Position numbers and translations under genes: made by a program. From a virus: DNA of 32,889 bases. Location of the stretch: positions 1 to 32,889 of the IMG/VR virus record IMGVR_UViG_3300002092_000022; one strand, 5' to 3'. A model generated the notes under the pieces. It had not been told where the DNA came from and searched no databases. It was given only the letters and a program-made list of their open reading frames with translations. This document shows positions 8,646 through 17,350 of the stretch, one piece after another. Positions within the stretch are counted from its first letter, which is position 1; each line of letters begins with the position of its first letter.

Positions 8646-9743
8646 TTAGTCGACTGTGCACTTGACGATTGCTTTTGGAACAATCATGTAAGGCAATACA
8701 CGAACATCACCCATAAGAGTGAGAACACCCTTGAGGAAGTTGTCTGCGTGTGAGTCAGTCATAGCAAGAGTGGTATCTCCACGGTCGTAGATTGTTACGG
8801 CAGTCTTGAAGTCACCAACGTAAGCATCTCCAGCAGCAACAAGTGGGCTTGTTACAATCTTGAGATCCCAGAATGCATCGTGAACCTGAGCACCGGTCAA
8901 TGTTTGACGAAGGATTGCTACGTCAGCAGCAGCGCGATCCAATGGGTTCATAAGAACAGCATTTGGAACGTAGCCAAGAGCGAGTGCTTGTGCTTGTCCT
9001 TCACGGATGGAAGACAAGAGATCCAATGGGGAACCTGTGGAAGCGTAGACATTGGTCTGGATTGCGCCAGCGCCTGAAGTTGGAGCAGAGGTGATTACGG
9101 TAGCAATCAGTGCCTCAACCTTGTTGATGATGCCTCGGTAGATACGGTTGGTGATAAGCGAGGTAACGCGACCGAAGTCAGCGGCAGCTTGCTTTGTTAC
9201 AGCAGTCCAGTTGGATACTGTCTCGAGAGCAGCGGTCACCTGGGTGAACTCAACTGTGGTCTCTGGACGAGTAGCACCTTCGGCAACAACGTCAGCACCA
9301 AGTACGAAGTCTTCGGTTACGAATTGAACTGCTGTGGTGCTAACAGTCTCGTGGTTGACTACATCGGTGAGTGGTGTTGGTAGGTCGACGATTGGAACAT
9401 ACTTTTGGGTTGGAAGAACTTGAAGATCGGTTGTTGATGTAGCACGTGATGCTAACTCAACTTTTCCGCTTCCCTTGCGACCAGCGTATTCAACAACGCC
9501 CTTCGCAGCTCTTGCGGTTAAATCTTCCTCAGCAACGCGACCGTTAACATCTTCAGTTGAGACAGAGGTTCCGGAGTTTGCAGCGGCAACAGCGTCAGCG
9601 GCTAGTTTTGCGTTTCTGTTGTGGGTTTCGATCTTGGATGTGACGTCGCGAAGTTCTGAGATTTCCTCTTCAGAAAGTGTTTCGCCAGCAGTTAATCTTG
9701 CTGCGAGTTCAGCAGCGCGGGTTTTCATTTGCTCAATAGGCAC
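8646..9743 (-). CDS. Major capsid protein, HK97-like with an N-terminal delta domain.
   Basis: 365 aa. The first ~100 aa look coiled-coil (KTRAAELAARL...). GTG start with AAGGAG upstream. Follows the prohead protease and there is no separate scaffold gene. Confidence 0.85.
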   Translation of the reverse strand: MPIEQMKTRAAELAARLTAGETLSEEEISELRDVTSKIETHNRNAKLAADAVAAANSGTSVSTEDVNGRVAEEDLTARAAKGVVEYAGRKGSGKVELASRATSTTDLQVLPTQKYVPIVDLPTPLTDVVNHETVSTTAVQFVTEDFVLGADVVAEGATRPETTVEFTQVTAALETVSNWTAVTKQAAADFGRVTSLITNRIYRGIINKVEALIATVITSAPTSGAGAIQTNVYASTGSPLDLLSSIREGQAQALALGYVPNAVLMNPLDRAAADVAILRQTLTGAQVHDAFWDLKIVTSPLVAAGDAYVGDFKTAVTIYDRGDTTLAMTDSHADNFLKGVLTLMGDVRVLPYMIVPKAIVKCTVD

Positions 9744-9815
9744 GATGGCTCCTTAGTAGATTATTTGGTTTACGCCTTCGTGCTACATCCCCAGGGCGTA
9801 ATACTGGATCACTAG

Positions 9816-9838
9816 TAATAGTGCGGGGGGGCGTCCGC
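9816..9838 (-). promoter_or_regulatory. Motif ii, copy b: GCGGACGCCCCCCCGCACTATTA.
   Basis: About 72 nt upstream of the capsid GTG. Confidence 0.55.
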
Positions 9839-9848
9839 TGTTAACCTG

Positions 9849-10262
9849 TTACTTCTCAGATTTAGCCTTCAAGACTTCGATAGCAATAGCCATCTCGTTC
9901 TGATTTTCAAGCATAAAGTCGACCTTGTTGACGAGTCCCGTCTTGCCTGAATTGAAGATTGCGTAGTTAATCTTGGCTAAGACTGCCTCGATGTTTGAGA
10001 ATTTTGCGTCGAACTTGTGCTCGAGAGATTCGAGCTGAACCTTCACGGCATCATTAGCATCACGCTTAGCAATCTCGTCCTGTTGAGTCTCGATTAGCAA
10101 GTCCTTCTCGGAACTCTTGTTCTTTCGGTATTCCTTAGCCTTCTTATAGCTGAAGTATCCGATTATTAGGGTCGCCACGGAATCAACGATTGCCCAGAAA
10201 GTGTTGACTAGGAGGTTGGTTTCATCCAACGTAAGTATCAGCGGAATATGAGAGGCAACCAT
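9849..10262 (-). CDS. Membrane-anchored coiled-coil protein, unknown function.
   Basis: 137 aa with one hydrophobic segment (FWAIVDSVATLIIGYFSY) followed by a charged helical region. Coupled to the upstream gene (TAATCATG). Confidence 0.6.
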   Translation of the reverse strand: MVASHIPLILTLDETNLLVNTFWAIVDSVATLIIGYFSYKKAKEYRKNKSSEKDLLIETQQDEIAKRDANDAVKVQLESLEHKFDAKFSNIEAVLAKINYAIFNSGKTGLVNKVDFMLENQNEMAIAIEVLKAKSEK

Positions 10263-10264
10263 GA

Positions 10265-10618
10265 TTACGCTCCAGGAGTGATTGGTGCCGTCGAACCGTT
10301 CTCGGATGCTAGGTGATCAAGGTATCCGCCAACAGCGGCTACATCAGAAGCAATGGGTGCCGAGAGGTTGGCCTCTTTGGATGCTAATACGGCAGCCTTG
10401 GCAACAAAGGACACGGTGCGACCGAATCTAGGATCCTTCTTGTTGAAGTAGCTATAGATAGTCGCGAGAGTCGCGGCCGCTGCTCCGAAGAGGATTGAAT
10501 AGATCTGCTTGGTAGTGAAGTCCAACGGATTTACGGCTAACCCAGCAAATGCAGTGGAGACTGCAGCGAGATAGGTTTTAACCCAAGACTCGATTAGAAG
10601 TTTTGTGCTTGTAGACAT
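10265..10618 (-). CDS. Two-TM small membrane protein, unknown function.
   Basis: I prefer the internal ATG at 10618 (MSTSTKLL...) because AAAGGAACGACG precedes it and the longer ORF would run through a hairpin. Two hydrophobic segments. Confidence 0.55.
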   Translation of the reverse strand: MSTSTKLLIESWVKTYLAAVSTAFAGLAVNPLDFTTKQIYSILFGAAAATLATIYSYFNKKDPRFGRTVSFVAKAAVLASKEANLSAPIASDVAAVGGYLDHLASENGSTAPITPGA

Positions 10619-10639
10619 CGTCGTTCCTTTGCTTAGGGG

Positions 10640-10690
10640 TATGTTGATCCAACCCGGGGCGTTTGACCCCGACACTTCCCCGGGTTGGGT
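10640..10690 (-). other. 11-bp inverted repeat (CCAACCCGGGG ... CCCCGGGTTGG) between the protease gene and the membrane-protein genes.
   Basis: Read directly at about 10645-10688. No clear T-run follows, so it is more likely an attenuator or RNA structure than a strong terminator. Confidence 0.5.
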
Positions 10691-10694
10691 TCTA

Positions 10695-11351
10695 TTACTC
10701 GGCTAGCGCTATACGAGCGAGTAGCGAGAGGGCTTCTTGGTTTCGCTTCGATACGGCGGCTTCAGTAATGCGAGCGGCTTCATCACCATCTGGTTCCCCA
10801 GCGTCATCAGAGCCAGCAGGGACACCATCAACTTGATCGAGAACATTCTCGATTAGTTCAGCGGCATCACGGAGTGCTTGTTCATTAGCGGCAGATAAGA
10901 CTCGACCAGAGCGAGCAGAAGAGAACTTGCTACCAGGAACAGCTGCGAACCTTGCGGTTATCTGGCTAACCTCAACGAGGCGAGCCTGCTTAATTTCAGT
11001 AGAAGAGGCATCGCTCTCATAGTCAAGCCATTCGAAGCCAACTGATAATTCTCCAGCAGAGCCAGATAGAGCAGCAGCACGAGCATTCTGCCCGTCAGTG
11101 GATTCATCCCACTTGCCAACTATCCATAGACCGTCCATTCGCTCTTCAGCCATGAAGGTTCCGATTGGCTTATTTGGATTATGCATCCATAGGAGCGCAT
11201 AGGTTGTCTTGTCTAATCCACCAGCGTTGAAGCATCCTGGAATAAAGGTTGTCCCGTAACTATCAACTACACCGAATTGGCAAGCTCGGCCTTCAAAGAA
11301 GTTGGAGTCTGTAGTGGCGCGTATCGCCATATTTATGCTGCGTATGTTCAT
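10695..11351 (-). CDS. Prohead protease (HK97 family, S78-like).
   Basis: LWMHNPNKPIG (His) and ELSVGF (Ser) motifs. Position between the portal and capsid genes. Confidence 0.8.
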   Translation of the reverse strand: MNIRSINMAIRATTDSNFFEGRACQFGVVDSYGTTFIPGCFNAGGLDKTTYALLWMHNPNKPIGTFMAEERMDGLWIVGKWDESTDGQNARAAALSGSAGELSVGFEWLDYESDASSTEIKQARLVEVSQITARFAAVPGSKFSSARSGRVLSAANEQALRDAAELIENVLDQVDGVPAGSDDAGEPDGDEAARITEAAVSKRNQEALSLLARIALAE

Positions 11352-13585
11352 TCTGCGCCTCCTGAGGCATCGTTGTTTTCTTGGTTATCCGGGGAATCAG
11401 TAGTGTCTGGAGTATCAGTCGCGTATTGCTCGACACAGCGGCAATTCACGGTCTCTTCTGGATCCCCATCAGGATCACCAGGGAACATCAAGCCATTTGG
11501 ATACTCATCGTCCATGCTCTTTGTCTCGTAGCCATCGAGTTCGGCGTGACTATCGCGAGTATGTTCATCTAATTCAGCCATCCAGATACGTGATGAGGTA
11601 ACACCAGACTCAACAGCAGACATCCTTGAGGCACCGTTGTATCCGCCAACCATCTCTGTGCGAGCGATTGAATCAGCACGCCAAGTAGAGAGATCTGAGA
11701 AGGTGGCTTCCAAGGCATCAGCAAACTGGGTAACCGTCAAGCCATCGAACTCACCTAGTGCAGAGAGTTTCTGATCAAGGATTTTCGCGGTTGTCTCATT
11801 TACATAACCAGCAAGTTTTGTTGCTCGCTCTGTAGCACTCTTCATAATGAGCTCATCGAACGAGACTGTTATTCCTAGGGCATCAGCAACATCGGAAGCC
11901 CCGGCATCCATAGCAGCAGTGATTGCTGGTAGTAAGTAATCAGTAGCGCGTTCTACCCATAACTTCGGATCAAATACATCGCTTGCTTTAGGTAACGTGG
12001 TAGCACGGGAACGATTTAACCTCTTAGTAGCATCCTTGAGTTGTGCCTCTGCGAGTCGTTTAACTGCTCTGGTCATCCCGGCTTCCAGGCGATCCATTGC
12101 TTTGCGAGCTTTATCAGGCGAGACACCGCGGATTAGGCGAGTAGGAACCTCAACGCGGGTCTCCTCAACAACCTCTTCTGCACCGGATTCCGATTTGGAC
12201 GGTTCAGGAGTGGTGTCTACATCTGTGGACACGCGAGCCTCTACTGGCCTAGCGTCAATGTTGAAGGTTTGGATTGTTTCCGGGGTTATCCTGGCAACAG
12301 GTGCTGTTGGCTTAGGAGCGAATAATGCTTCATAAGCAACGAGAGTCAGGTGACCATACTCAGGCATAGCGTCTTTACCGAATAACGCACGACCCTCGTC
12401 GATGGTAATCAAGTTCGTATTAGCGAGTGTTGCGATTCTCTGGACGAGGCTGTCCTGGCTCTCTTGGAGAACCGAGATATCAGACGTATCGAATACTGCG
12501 CGAAGACCAGTGCCAGCAAGGAACTGTCGATCGATTTCTGAAGCAACGAGAGATAGCGTTGGGAGAACCGAGGCTTCCCAGAAGATAGTCCACGAGGCAT
12601 CAACGTTTGCGTAAGTCCTTTGACCACCAACGAGATCCAGTGGGATACCGAGAGCCAAGGCAATATCGTCACCCGCTACACCAATCGAGTTGAGATACTC
12701 GAACTCTTTAGGTGAGAAGGAAGTCTTAATAAAGTGCGGTTGAACTGGACCAGATACAACAGCGATACGTCCAGCACTTGAAGGGCCAGTTAATGCTGCT
12801 TCTACTTCTTCACGTAGACCGTAATACTCTTCGCTGTTTCCCTCTGGATTACCGAGGTAGACAATGCCCGATGGGTTACCACCGTTAGCGAGTTGTCCTG
12901 CTTGCCATTCACGAGATGCTTTAGTTAAACCGATTGAGTCTAGAGCGGCAGTCATTGGAGCACGGGCAGCCCAAGGATCCATTGGATCCGGATAACGGAA
13001 CCAGAAGACTTCAGATGGTGCGAGGATTGCTGTTTCTTTTCCAACGCCAACTCTGTAAGCAATAATCTCTCCATGAGGAGCGTGAGCAGATGGGTCGCCA
13101 AGGATTACCTCTACCTTGCCGTAGTGAAGCCAAGCAGTCTTAGGTGTATCAACACGCGATGAGCCGCGATCCATTATTACGAAGGCTTGACCAGTATGCG
13201 TTCCACGACCATAGAGTGATCGACGGAATAGGAGACCCGAGATATCAGTTGATGGTGCTTCGTTGAATAGTGTTGTTAGGAAGTGTGGGACTTCATCGCC
13301 AGCCTCGTTAATAATCTTGAGTCTGCGAGAAGCCAGTGAGTTAACTAGTAAATCGAAGCATCGAGAAGCTACTGCGGATACTGCGAGTGCCCTATCAAGA
13401 CTTGGGCGTAACCGAGATATCTCTTGTTCAGTGCTGATTGCCGAGCCACCCCAAGGTGAACCGATCATGCTGAAAGAGCCCCAAGGAGTCTGGAACATTC
13501 CGTTAGCTTGTTGCGCTTGAATTATTTGCTCGCGCTTTTCTAAACCACCGATTGGGTTTCCGTGTCTGTCAAGCAGTGCCATCAA
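11348..13585 (-). CDS. Portal protein fused to a MuF / SPP1 gp7-like head morphogenesis domain.
   Basis: 745 aa. The C-terminal block ...RTEMVGGYN...DEHTRDSHAELDG...PGDPDGDPEETVNCRCV is the MuF signature. ATGA overlaps on both sides. Confidence 0.8.
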   Translation of the reverse strand: MMALLDRHGNPIGGLEKREQIIQAQQANGMFQTPWGSFSMIGSPWGGSAISTEQEISRLRPSLDRALAVSAVASRCFDLLVNSLASRRLKIINEAGDEVPHFLTTLFNEAPSTDISGLLFRRSLYGRGTHTGQAFVIMDRGSSRVDTPKTAWLHYGKVEVILGDPSAHAPHGEIIAYRVGVGKETAILAPSEVFWFRYPDPMDPWAARAPMTAALDSIGLTKASREWQAGQLANGGNPSGIVYLGNPEGNSEEYYGLREEVEAALTGPSSAGRIAVVSGPVQPHFIKTSFSPKEFEYLNSIGVAGDDIALALGIPLDLVGGQRTYANVDASWTIFWEASVLPTLSLVASEIDRQFLAGTGLRAVFDTSDISVLQESQDSLVQRIATLANTNLITIDEGRALFGKDAMPEYGHLTLVAYEALFAPKPTAPVARITPETIQTFNIDARPVEARVSTDVDTTPEPSKSESGAEEVVEETRVEVPTRLIRGVSPDKARKAMDRLEAGMTRAVKRLAEAQLKDATKRLNRSRATTLPKASDVFDPKLWVERATDYLLPAITAAMDAGASDVADALGITVSFDELIMKSATERATKLAGYVNETTAKILDQKLSALGEFDGLTVTQFADALEATFSDLSTWRADSIARTEMVGGYNGASRMSAVESGVTSSRIWMAELDEHTRDSHAELDGYETKSMDDEYPNGLMFPGDPDGDPEETVNCRCVEQYATDTPDTTDSPDNQENNDASGGAE

Positions 13586-15027
13586 CGGCCTCCTAATGGG
13601 CGGGGTGCGAACGGTGAAATCTTCTTAGTCGGTCTTCGTCCATACATGTAGTTATGACTGGAACTACTGTCTTCGAGTAATGCTGTTATTGCCCAGACCA
13701 TCGCATCGAGTCGATCAGGTGAACCTGGTTTATCTGGCGTCCAAGTAGTCATCTGCTCTTCAAGTTTGACGAAGTAACCCACCATATGAAGGCGACCTTG
13801 TTCCGAGAGTGCAGCAATAGGCTCAGCACGAACCCGCTTGCCACGGGACGCGCGAACCTTCTTAATATCTATAGTGCGGGCTACCGTCCGCGTTTTAAGT
13901 AGGGATTCCGCAAAATCGCCACCCTGGTTAACCTCGACAACGATTGAATCCGCATTCCAAGTCTCATAAGCATCAAGAACCATAGAGACAGCGCCATCTG
14001 GTGAATACACGCCAGACCTATCATCAAGGATCACGTAGTGAGCAGGATCCCCACTTAATTGAGCTGCCACGATGATGCCGTGCTCATCACTATTCGCGTT
14101 TGATGTAACCGCGGGATCCCAACCAACAAATATCTTCTTCATTTCATCAACAGCCGGCGGGAATTCGTGTCGAGTGATATCTATTGAAGCGGAAGTCCAT
14201 AAGGCACCAGGGGTATCCGTAAGGAACTCGCCATACAATTCTTGACGACCAGTACGAGTCTTATCCCAACGCTCTTCCCACTTTGCTAATACCTCGGGTG
14301 ACAGGTTCTCCCTGTTCTCATAAGTCGTATGGACAACCCGGTATACATTCTTAGATTCAATCAAGCGTTTAACAAGGGGATGCCCCTGCTTCGGGGTTCC
14401 CGTCATAATGAATAACGCGCCACCTTTTCGAACAGCGAAGCCAATAGCGTTATCCCACGTGTATTCCCAGGTATTCAAGTTCCACAATCCAACTTCATCG
14501 CACCAGATGGCACTGACGTTCTTGGATTCAATTTGGGCTCCACGGTTATCCGCTCCACCCGAGTAAACAATCGCACCGTTATTCATATGAAGGATGCCAG
14601 TAGAACGGTTGTAAGCTTTTATATGCGGACCATTCTCGCCGCCTAATGCTTTAATGAGACCACTATCGCCTTCCATAAGCGTCGTCTTAGTGGTCGAGAG
14701 AATCGGACCAACTACCGCATAAGCGTTTTGGGATCCCTCTTCATCGTATCCATCGTTGTAAACAATTATCTCTGCGAGAGCATTTGCCGCGCACCAGGTT
14801 TTCCCTGAGCCTCTACCGCCTTGCGCGTAATATTCTCGGTAGACAGTATTGAGTCCACCTGGACCCCAAGGTGGCTGTTGTTTCCCTCTTGCGTGCTTAT
14901 ATGGATAACCATCGTGAGGCTTGCCATCGCACTCGCGGTTAGGACAGCGCCAACTAACAGCGGCCTTGCGTGTCTCGAGTATCTCGGCTAATCGCTTGCG
15001 GGCTACCTGGTCTACAGGGAGTTCCAT
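13582..15027 (-). CDS. terL: Terminase large subunit.
   Basis: Walker A-like GGRGSGKT, a downstream nuclease-domain-like C-terminus, and position upstream of the portal. Confidence 0.9.
   Translation of the reverse strand: MELPVDQVARKRLAEILETRKAAVSWRCPNRECDGKPHDGYPYKHARGKQQPPWGPGGLNTVYREYYAQGGRGSGKTWCAANALAEIIVYNDGYDEEGSQNAYAVVGPILSTTKTTLMEGDSGLIKALGGENGPHIKAYNRSTGILHMNNGAIVYSGGADNRGAQIESKNVSAIWCDEVGLWNLNTWEYTWDNAIGFAVRKGGALFIMTGTPKQGHPLVKRLIESKNVYRVVHTTYENRENLSPEVLAKWEERWDKTRTGRQELYGEFLTDTPGALWTSASIDITRHEFPPAVDEMKKIFVGWDPAVTSNANSDEHGIIVAAQLSGDPAHYVILDDRSGVYSPDGAVSMVLDAYETWNADSIVVEVNQGGDFAESLLKTRTVARTIDIKKVRASRGKRVRAEPIAALSEQGRLHMVGYFVKLEEQMTTWTPDKPGSPDRLDAMVWAITALLEDSSSSHNYMYGRRPTKKISPFAPRPLGGR
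13869..13891 (-). promoter_or_regulatory. Motif ii, copy e: GCGGACGGTAGCCCGCACTATAG, inside the terL coding sequence.
   Basis: Encodes ..TRTVARTID.. and lies about 285 nt upstream of the portal start. Confidence 0.45.
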
Positions 15028-15332
15028 TTGTCATCCCCACTAAACCAAGGCAAGTCCAACGCATCGTGATTCTCTTTATCGTGTAAACCAATCGCAGCAA
15101 GACAAGCAGCCGCTATTACTTGATGGACATCATGACAAACTTCAGTCCTGCACTCGTATACAGCGATCGCCTCTTCACACGCTTCTTGATACATACTGAA
15201 AGCGGCTTCGTGAACAATGCGGTGCTCTAAGTCGATCGGGCAATCCTCGTTACAGATGGAATCCTCTTCATTGCTTTCTTCGTTGAAGTTCACATATATA
15301 CGCACGTCTATGCTCACCTTTCGATCAATCAC
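15012..15332 (-). CDS. Acidic Cys/His-rich protein, unknown function. Start codon uncertain.
   Basis: 106-aa ORF overlapping the terL start by 16 nt. It has several candidate GTG starts, and AAAGGTGAG precedes the one at about 15302. Confidence 0.5.
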   Translation of the reverse strand: MIDRKVSIDVRIYVNFNEESNEEDSICNEDCPIDLEHRIVHEAAFSMYQEACEEAIAVYECRTEVCHDVHQVIAAACLAAIGLHDKENHDALDLPWFSGDDKWNSL

Positions 15333-15506
15333 TTTTACGCTCAGATGTTGTTGGTTTCCCTGCTATCTCTCTAAGGGTTTAAGTCAGTGTCGTTCGTCAG
15401 GGTGTAAAGCGGTTGAGAGCCCGGTGTGCGAGGGCGACCCAAGGGATCAACACGTCTCGCTTGCCGAGAGAGGGCGGCCATTAAGACCAGGCTCCCAACC
15501 TCAATC

Positions 15507-15522
15507 TGATCTATCGGCGTGA
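15507..15522 (-). promoter_or_regulatory. Motif i, copy 1: TCACGCCGATAGATCA.
   Basis: Embedded in the inverted repeat AATCTGAT-N15-ATCAGATT. Heads the 15012/terL operon. Confidence 0.55.
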
Positions 15523-15538
15523 TAAATCAGATTCGCAA

Positions 15539-15880
15539 CTAAATCTTTGATAAATCTTTTTGTAACCAATCAGGCTCTGAAGAAGGATCCATCGCCACGC
15601 ATATAGCAAGAGCATTAGCAACCGCTGGGTTACTACCGTCAGTCACTTCAGCCGCTGCCTCTTGCATTGTTAAGTTGTAAGAAGTCAGCACGTCCGACGC
15701 ACACTTGAGTTCCGCCTTCGCTGTAGCAGGTAACACAGTGCTAACCGTGTTAACCAATTCTTCAACGCCGCTCGCAGTAATCGTTGAGACAATCCCCAAT
15801 AACCCTGCTGCCATAATCAGTTCGGTAACAGTGAAACCCTTGTTGCCATGCTTCCTAAGCTCGTTGATTCTCTTGATCAT
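15539..15880 (-). CDS. Membrane protein with a prepilin-type (class III signal) N-terminus. Holin-like position.
   Basis: MIKRINELRKHGNKG/FTVTELIMAAGLLGIV matches the G-F-T-x-x-E + hydrophobic motif. GGGAGG lies 7 nt upstream of the ATG. Last gene of the lysis cassette. Confidence 0.6.
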   Translation of the reverse strand: MIKRINELRKHGNKGFTVTELIMAAGLLGIVSTITASGVEELVNTVSTVLPATAKAELKCASDVLTSYNLTMQEAAAEVTDGSNPAVANALAICVAMDPSSEPDWLQKDLSKI

Positions 15881-16352
15881 TTGATGCCTCCCTGGCTATC
15901 CCGGACGGTGTTGTCCAGAACGGCTCTAACCATCGGCGGTCACCCGCGGCCACAGCGACGAACGCTGCTAACTGCGAACAAACAACCGTCCTCGTATCAA
16001 GGCAAACTCGCTCAACCCACTTAGGACGAAACCCGAGGATCGAGATAGCCAATGCAATGAGATCAATGAAGCCATACGGTTTCCCAAGATGCTTAACCGC
16101 TTCAGCCAATGCTTCCGTCCGGTCACCCTCTAGAGAGATAACGATGTAATCCGAGTATTCATTTAGGGAACCCAAGGCAACACCAGTAGGACACGCTTCA
16201 ATGATCATCTTGCCGTATACGTGAATCGCAACATGGTTATAACGCCAAGCGTCAGTAGAGTGATCATCTATCCACTGTGCCCCGCGGATCACCTTCCCGA
16301 AGAACCCGCCAGTACGAATCGCTATTAGGTCACCAGTCTTTAACTCCATCAC
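15855..16352 (-). CDS. Permuted papain-like cysteine peptidase (YaeF/YiiX, NlpC/P60-related). Second cell-wall hydrolase candidate.
   Basis: GDLIAIRTGG..., NHVAIHV (His) ... IIEA ... VCSQLAA (Cys), in the permuted order. Confidence 0.6.
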   Translation of the reverse strand: MMELKTGDLIAIRTGGFFGKVIRGAQWIDDHSTDAWRYNHVAIHVYGKMIIEACPTGVALGSLNEYSDYIVISLEGDRTEALAEAVKHLGKPYGFIDLIALAISILGFRPKWVERVCLDTRTVVCSQLAAFVAVAAGDRRWLEPFWTTPSGIAREASNDQENQRA

Positions 16353-17251
16353 GAAGCCACTTCGAATAAGTCGCTCTTCTTGCCGAGTAACGCGAGAGTC
16401 GTGAACCCTGGTGCCCCGTTAGCGTTAGCTCCCCTGTAACCGCAATCGCGTTGCCAAGCGGCGTAAGCGTTAGAGGTAGCGTTGCCGAAGATGCCATCTG
16501 GGTTCCCTGGATTACGACCAACTTTTGCTAGTGCTTGCTGTAATAGCTTGACTTCAGGGTTAGATTTATTGGGTTGAACATCGGTTAACTTGATTACTGG
16601 CAGAATCGGGCTTGTATGCCCCGTAGAGGCGTTGACTACTGTCTTTGGGGTAATCACCTCAGGAGAACCTGGATCCCCCGCCAAAACCGAACGTCCGCCC
16701 GATTTGGGGGTGTTTAGCCCCGATACACCAGCAAGGAATGACGCTAGCGGGAAGTTCACGCCTGGATCCGTGTGACCACCAGCGATTTGTTTAGCTCGGG
16801 TGATGTCCGCGTGATAGCAGAAGCCACTAGAGACACCATCAAGGATCTGCTTGTCTGATAGGTGTATCGGGGCTATACCGTATGCCTTAGATAATTCAGC
16901 GGAGAGCTTCTCTACTAGAGCGAGTTCACCTCGGCTGTAAGCATCAGCCCATTGAGCTGGTGACTGGGAAGCCTGGCCAGCCAATTCAATGCTGATCGAC
17001 TCTTCGTTGTATTCAGGGTTAGCAACTGCCCACGCGGTATCCGAGTCCTTAACGCTTTGGACTATCTCGTGATTATCAACGCAATAATGCGCGGAAGCCT
17101 CAGGAGCGGTTGACCCGGCGAACCACGATGCAACACTAGACGCGCGTCCATCAGTCTCGGGAGTCTCCATCGTGTGGAGGACAATCATCCTGATCTTCTT
17201 GCCAGCGCGACCTGGCGTGTAATGCTTCGCTTGAATAAAGGGATACGACAC
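16349..17251 (-). CDS. Endolysin: N-acetylmuramoyl-L-alanine amidase (amidase_2/PGRP) with a C-terminal PG_binding_1 domain.
   Basis: IVLHTMETPE...SAHYCVD...ISIELAG motifs, and the C-terminal LLQQALAKVG...PDGIFGNATSNAYAAWQ. I prefer the GTG at 17251 because GGAGG lies 6 nt upstream. The track ORF extends to 17299. Confidence 0.9.
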   Translation of the reverse strand: MSYPFIQAKHYTPGRAGKKIRMIVLHTMETPETDGRASSVASWFAGSTAPEASAHYCVDNHEIVQSVKDSDTAWAVANPEYNEESISIELAGQASQSPAQWADAYSRGELALVEKLSAELSKAYGIAPIHLSDKQILDGVSSGFCYHADITRAKQIAGGHTDPGVNFPLASFLAGVSGLNTPKSGGRSVLAGDPGSPEVITPKTVVNASTGHTSPILPVIKLTDVQPNKSNPEVKLLQQALAKVGRNPGNPDGIFGNATSNAYAAWQRDCGYRGANANGAPGFTTLALLGKKSDLFEVAS

Positions 17252-17313
17252 GGGGAACCTCCAGAGATACCAGTAACCCGTGCCTGAAACCAGTAACACG
17301 AGCGTTGTTACCT

Positions 17314-17337
17314 CTATTAGTGCGGGCTAGTGTCCGC
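17314..17337 (-). promoter_or_regulatory. Motif ii, copy c: GCGGACACTAGCCCGCACTAATAG.
   Basis: About 62 nt upstream of the endolysin GTG. Confidence 0.55.
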
Positions 17338-17350
17338 ATAGAATCCCTAC

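Noticed and set aside
15012-15332. A zinc-binding anti-sigma (ZAS) role for the Cys/His-rich 106-aa protein upstream of terL.
   Set aside because: No H-x3-C-x2-C motif is present, and its position overlapping terL points to a packaging-related or unknown role.
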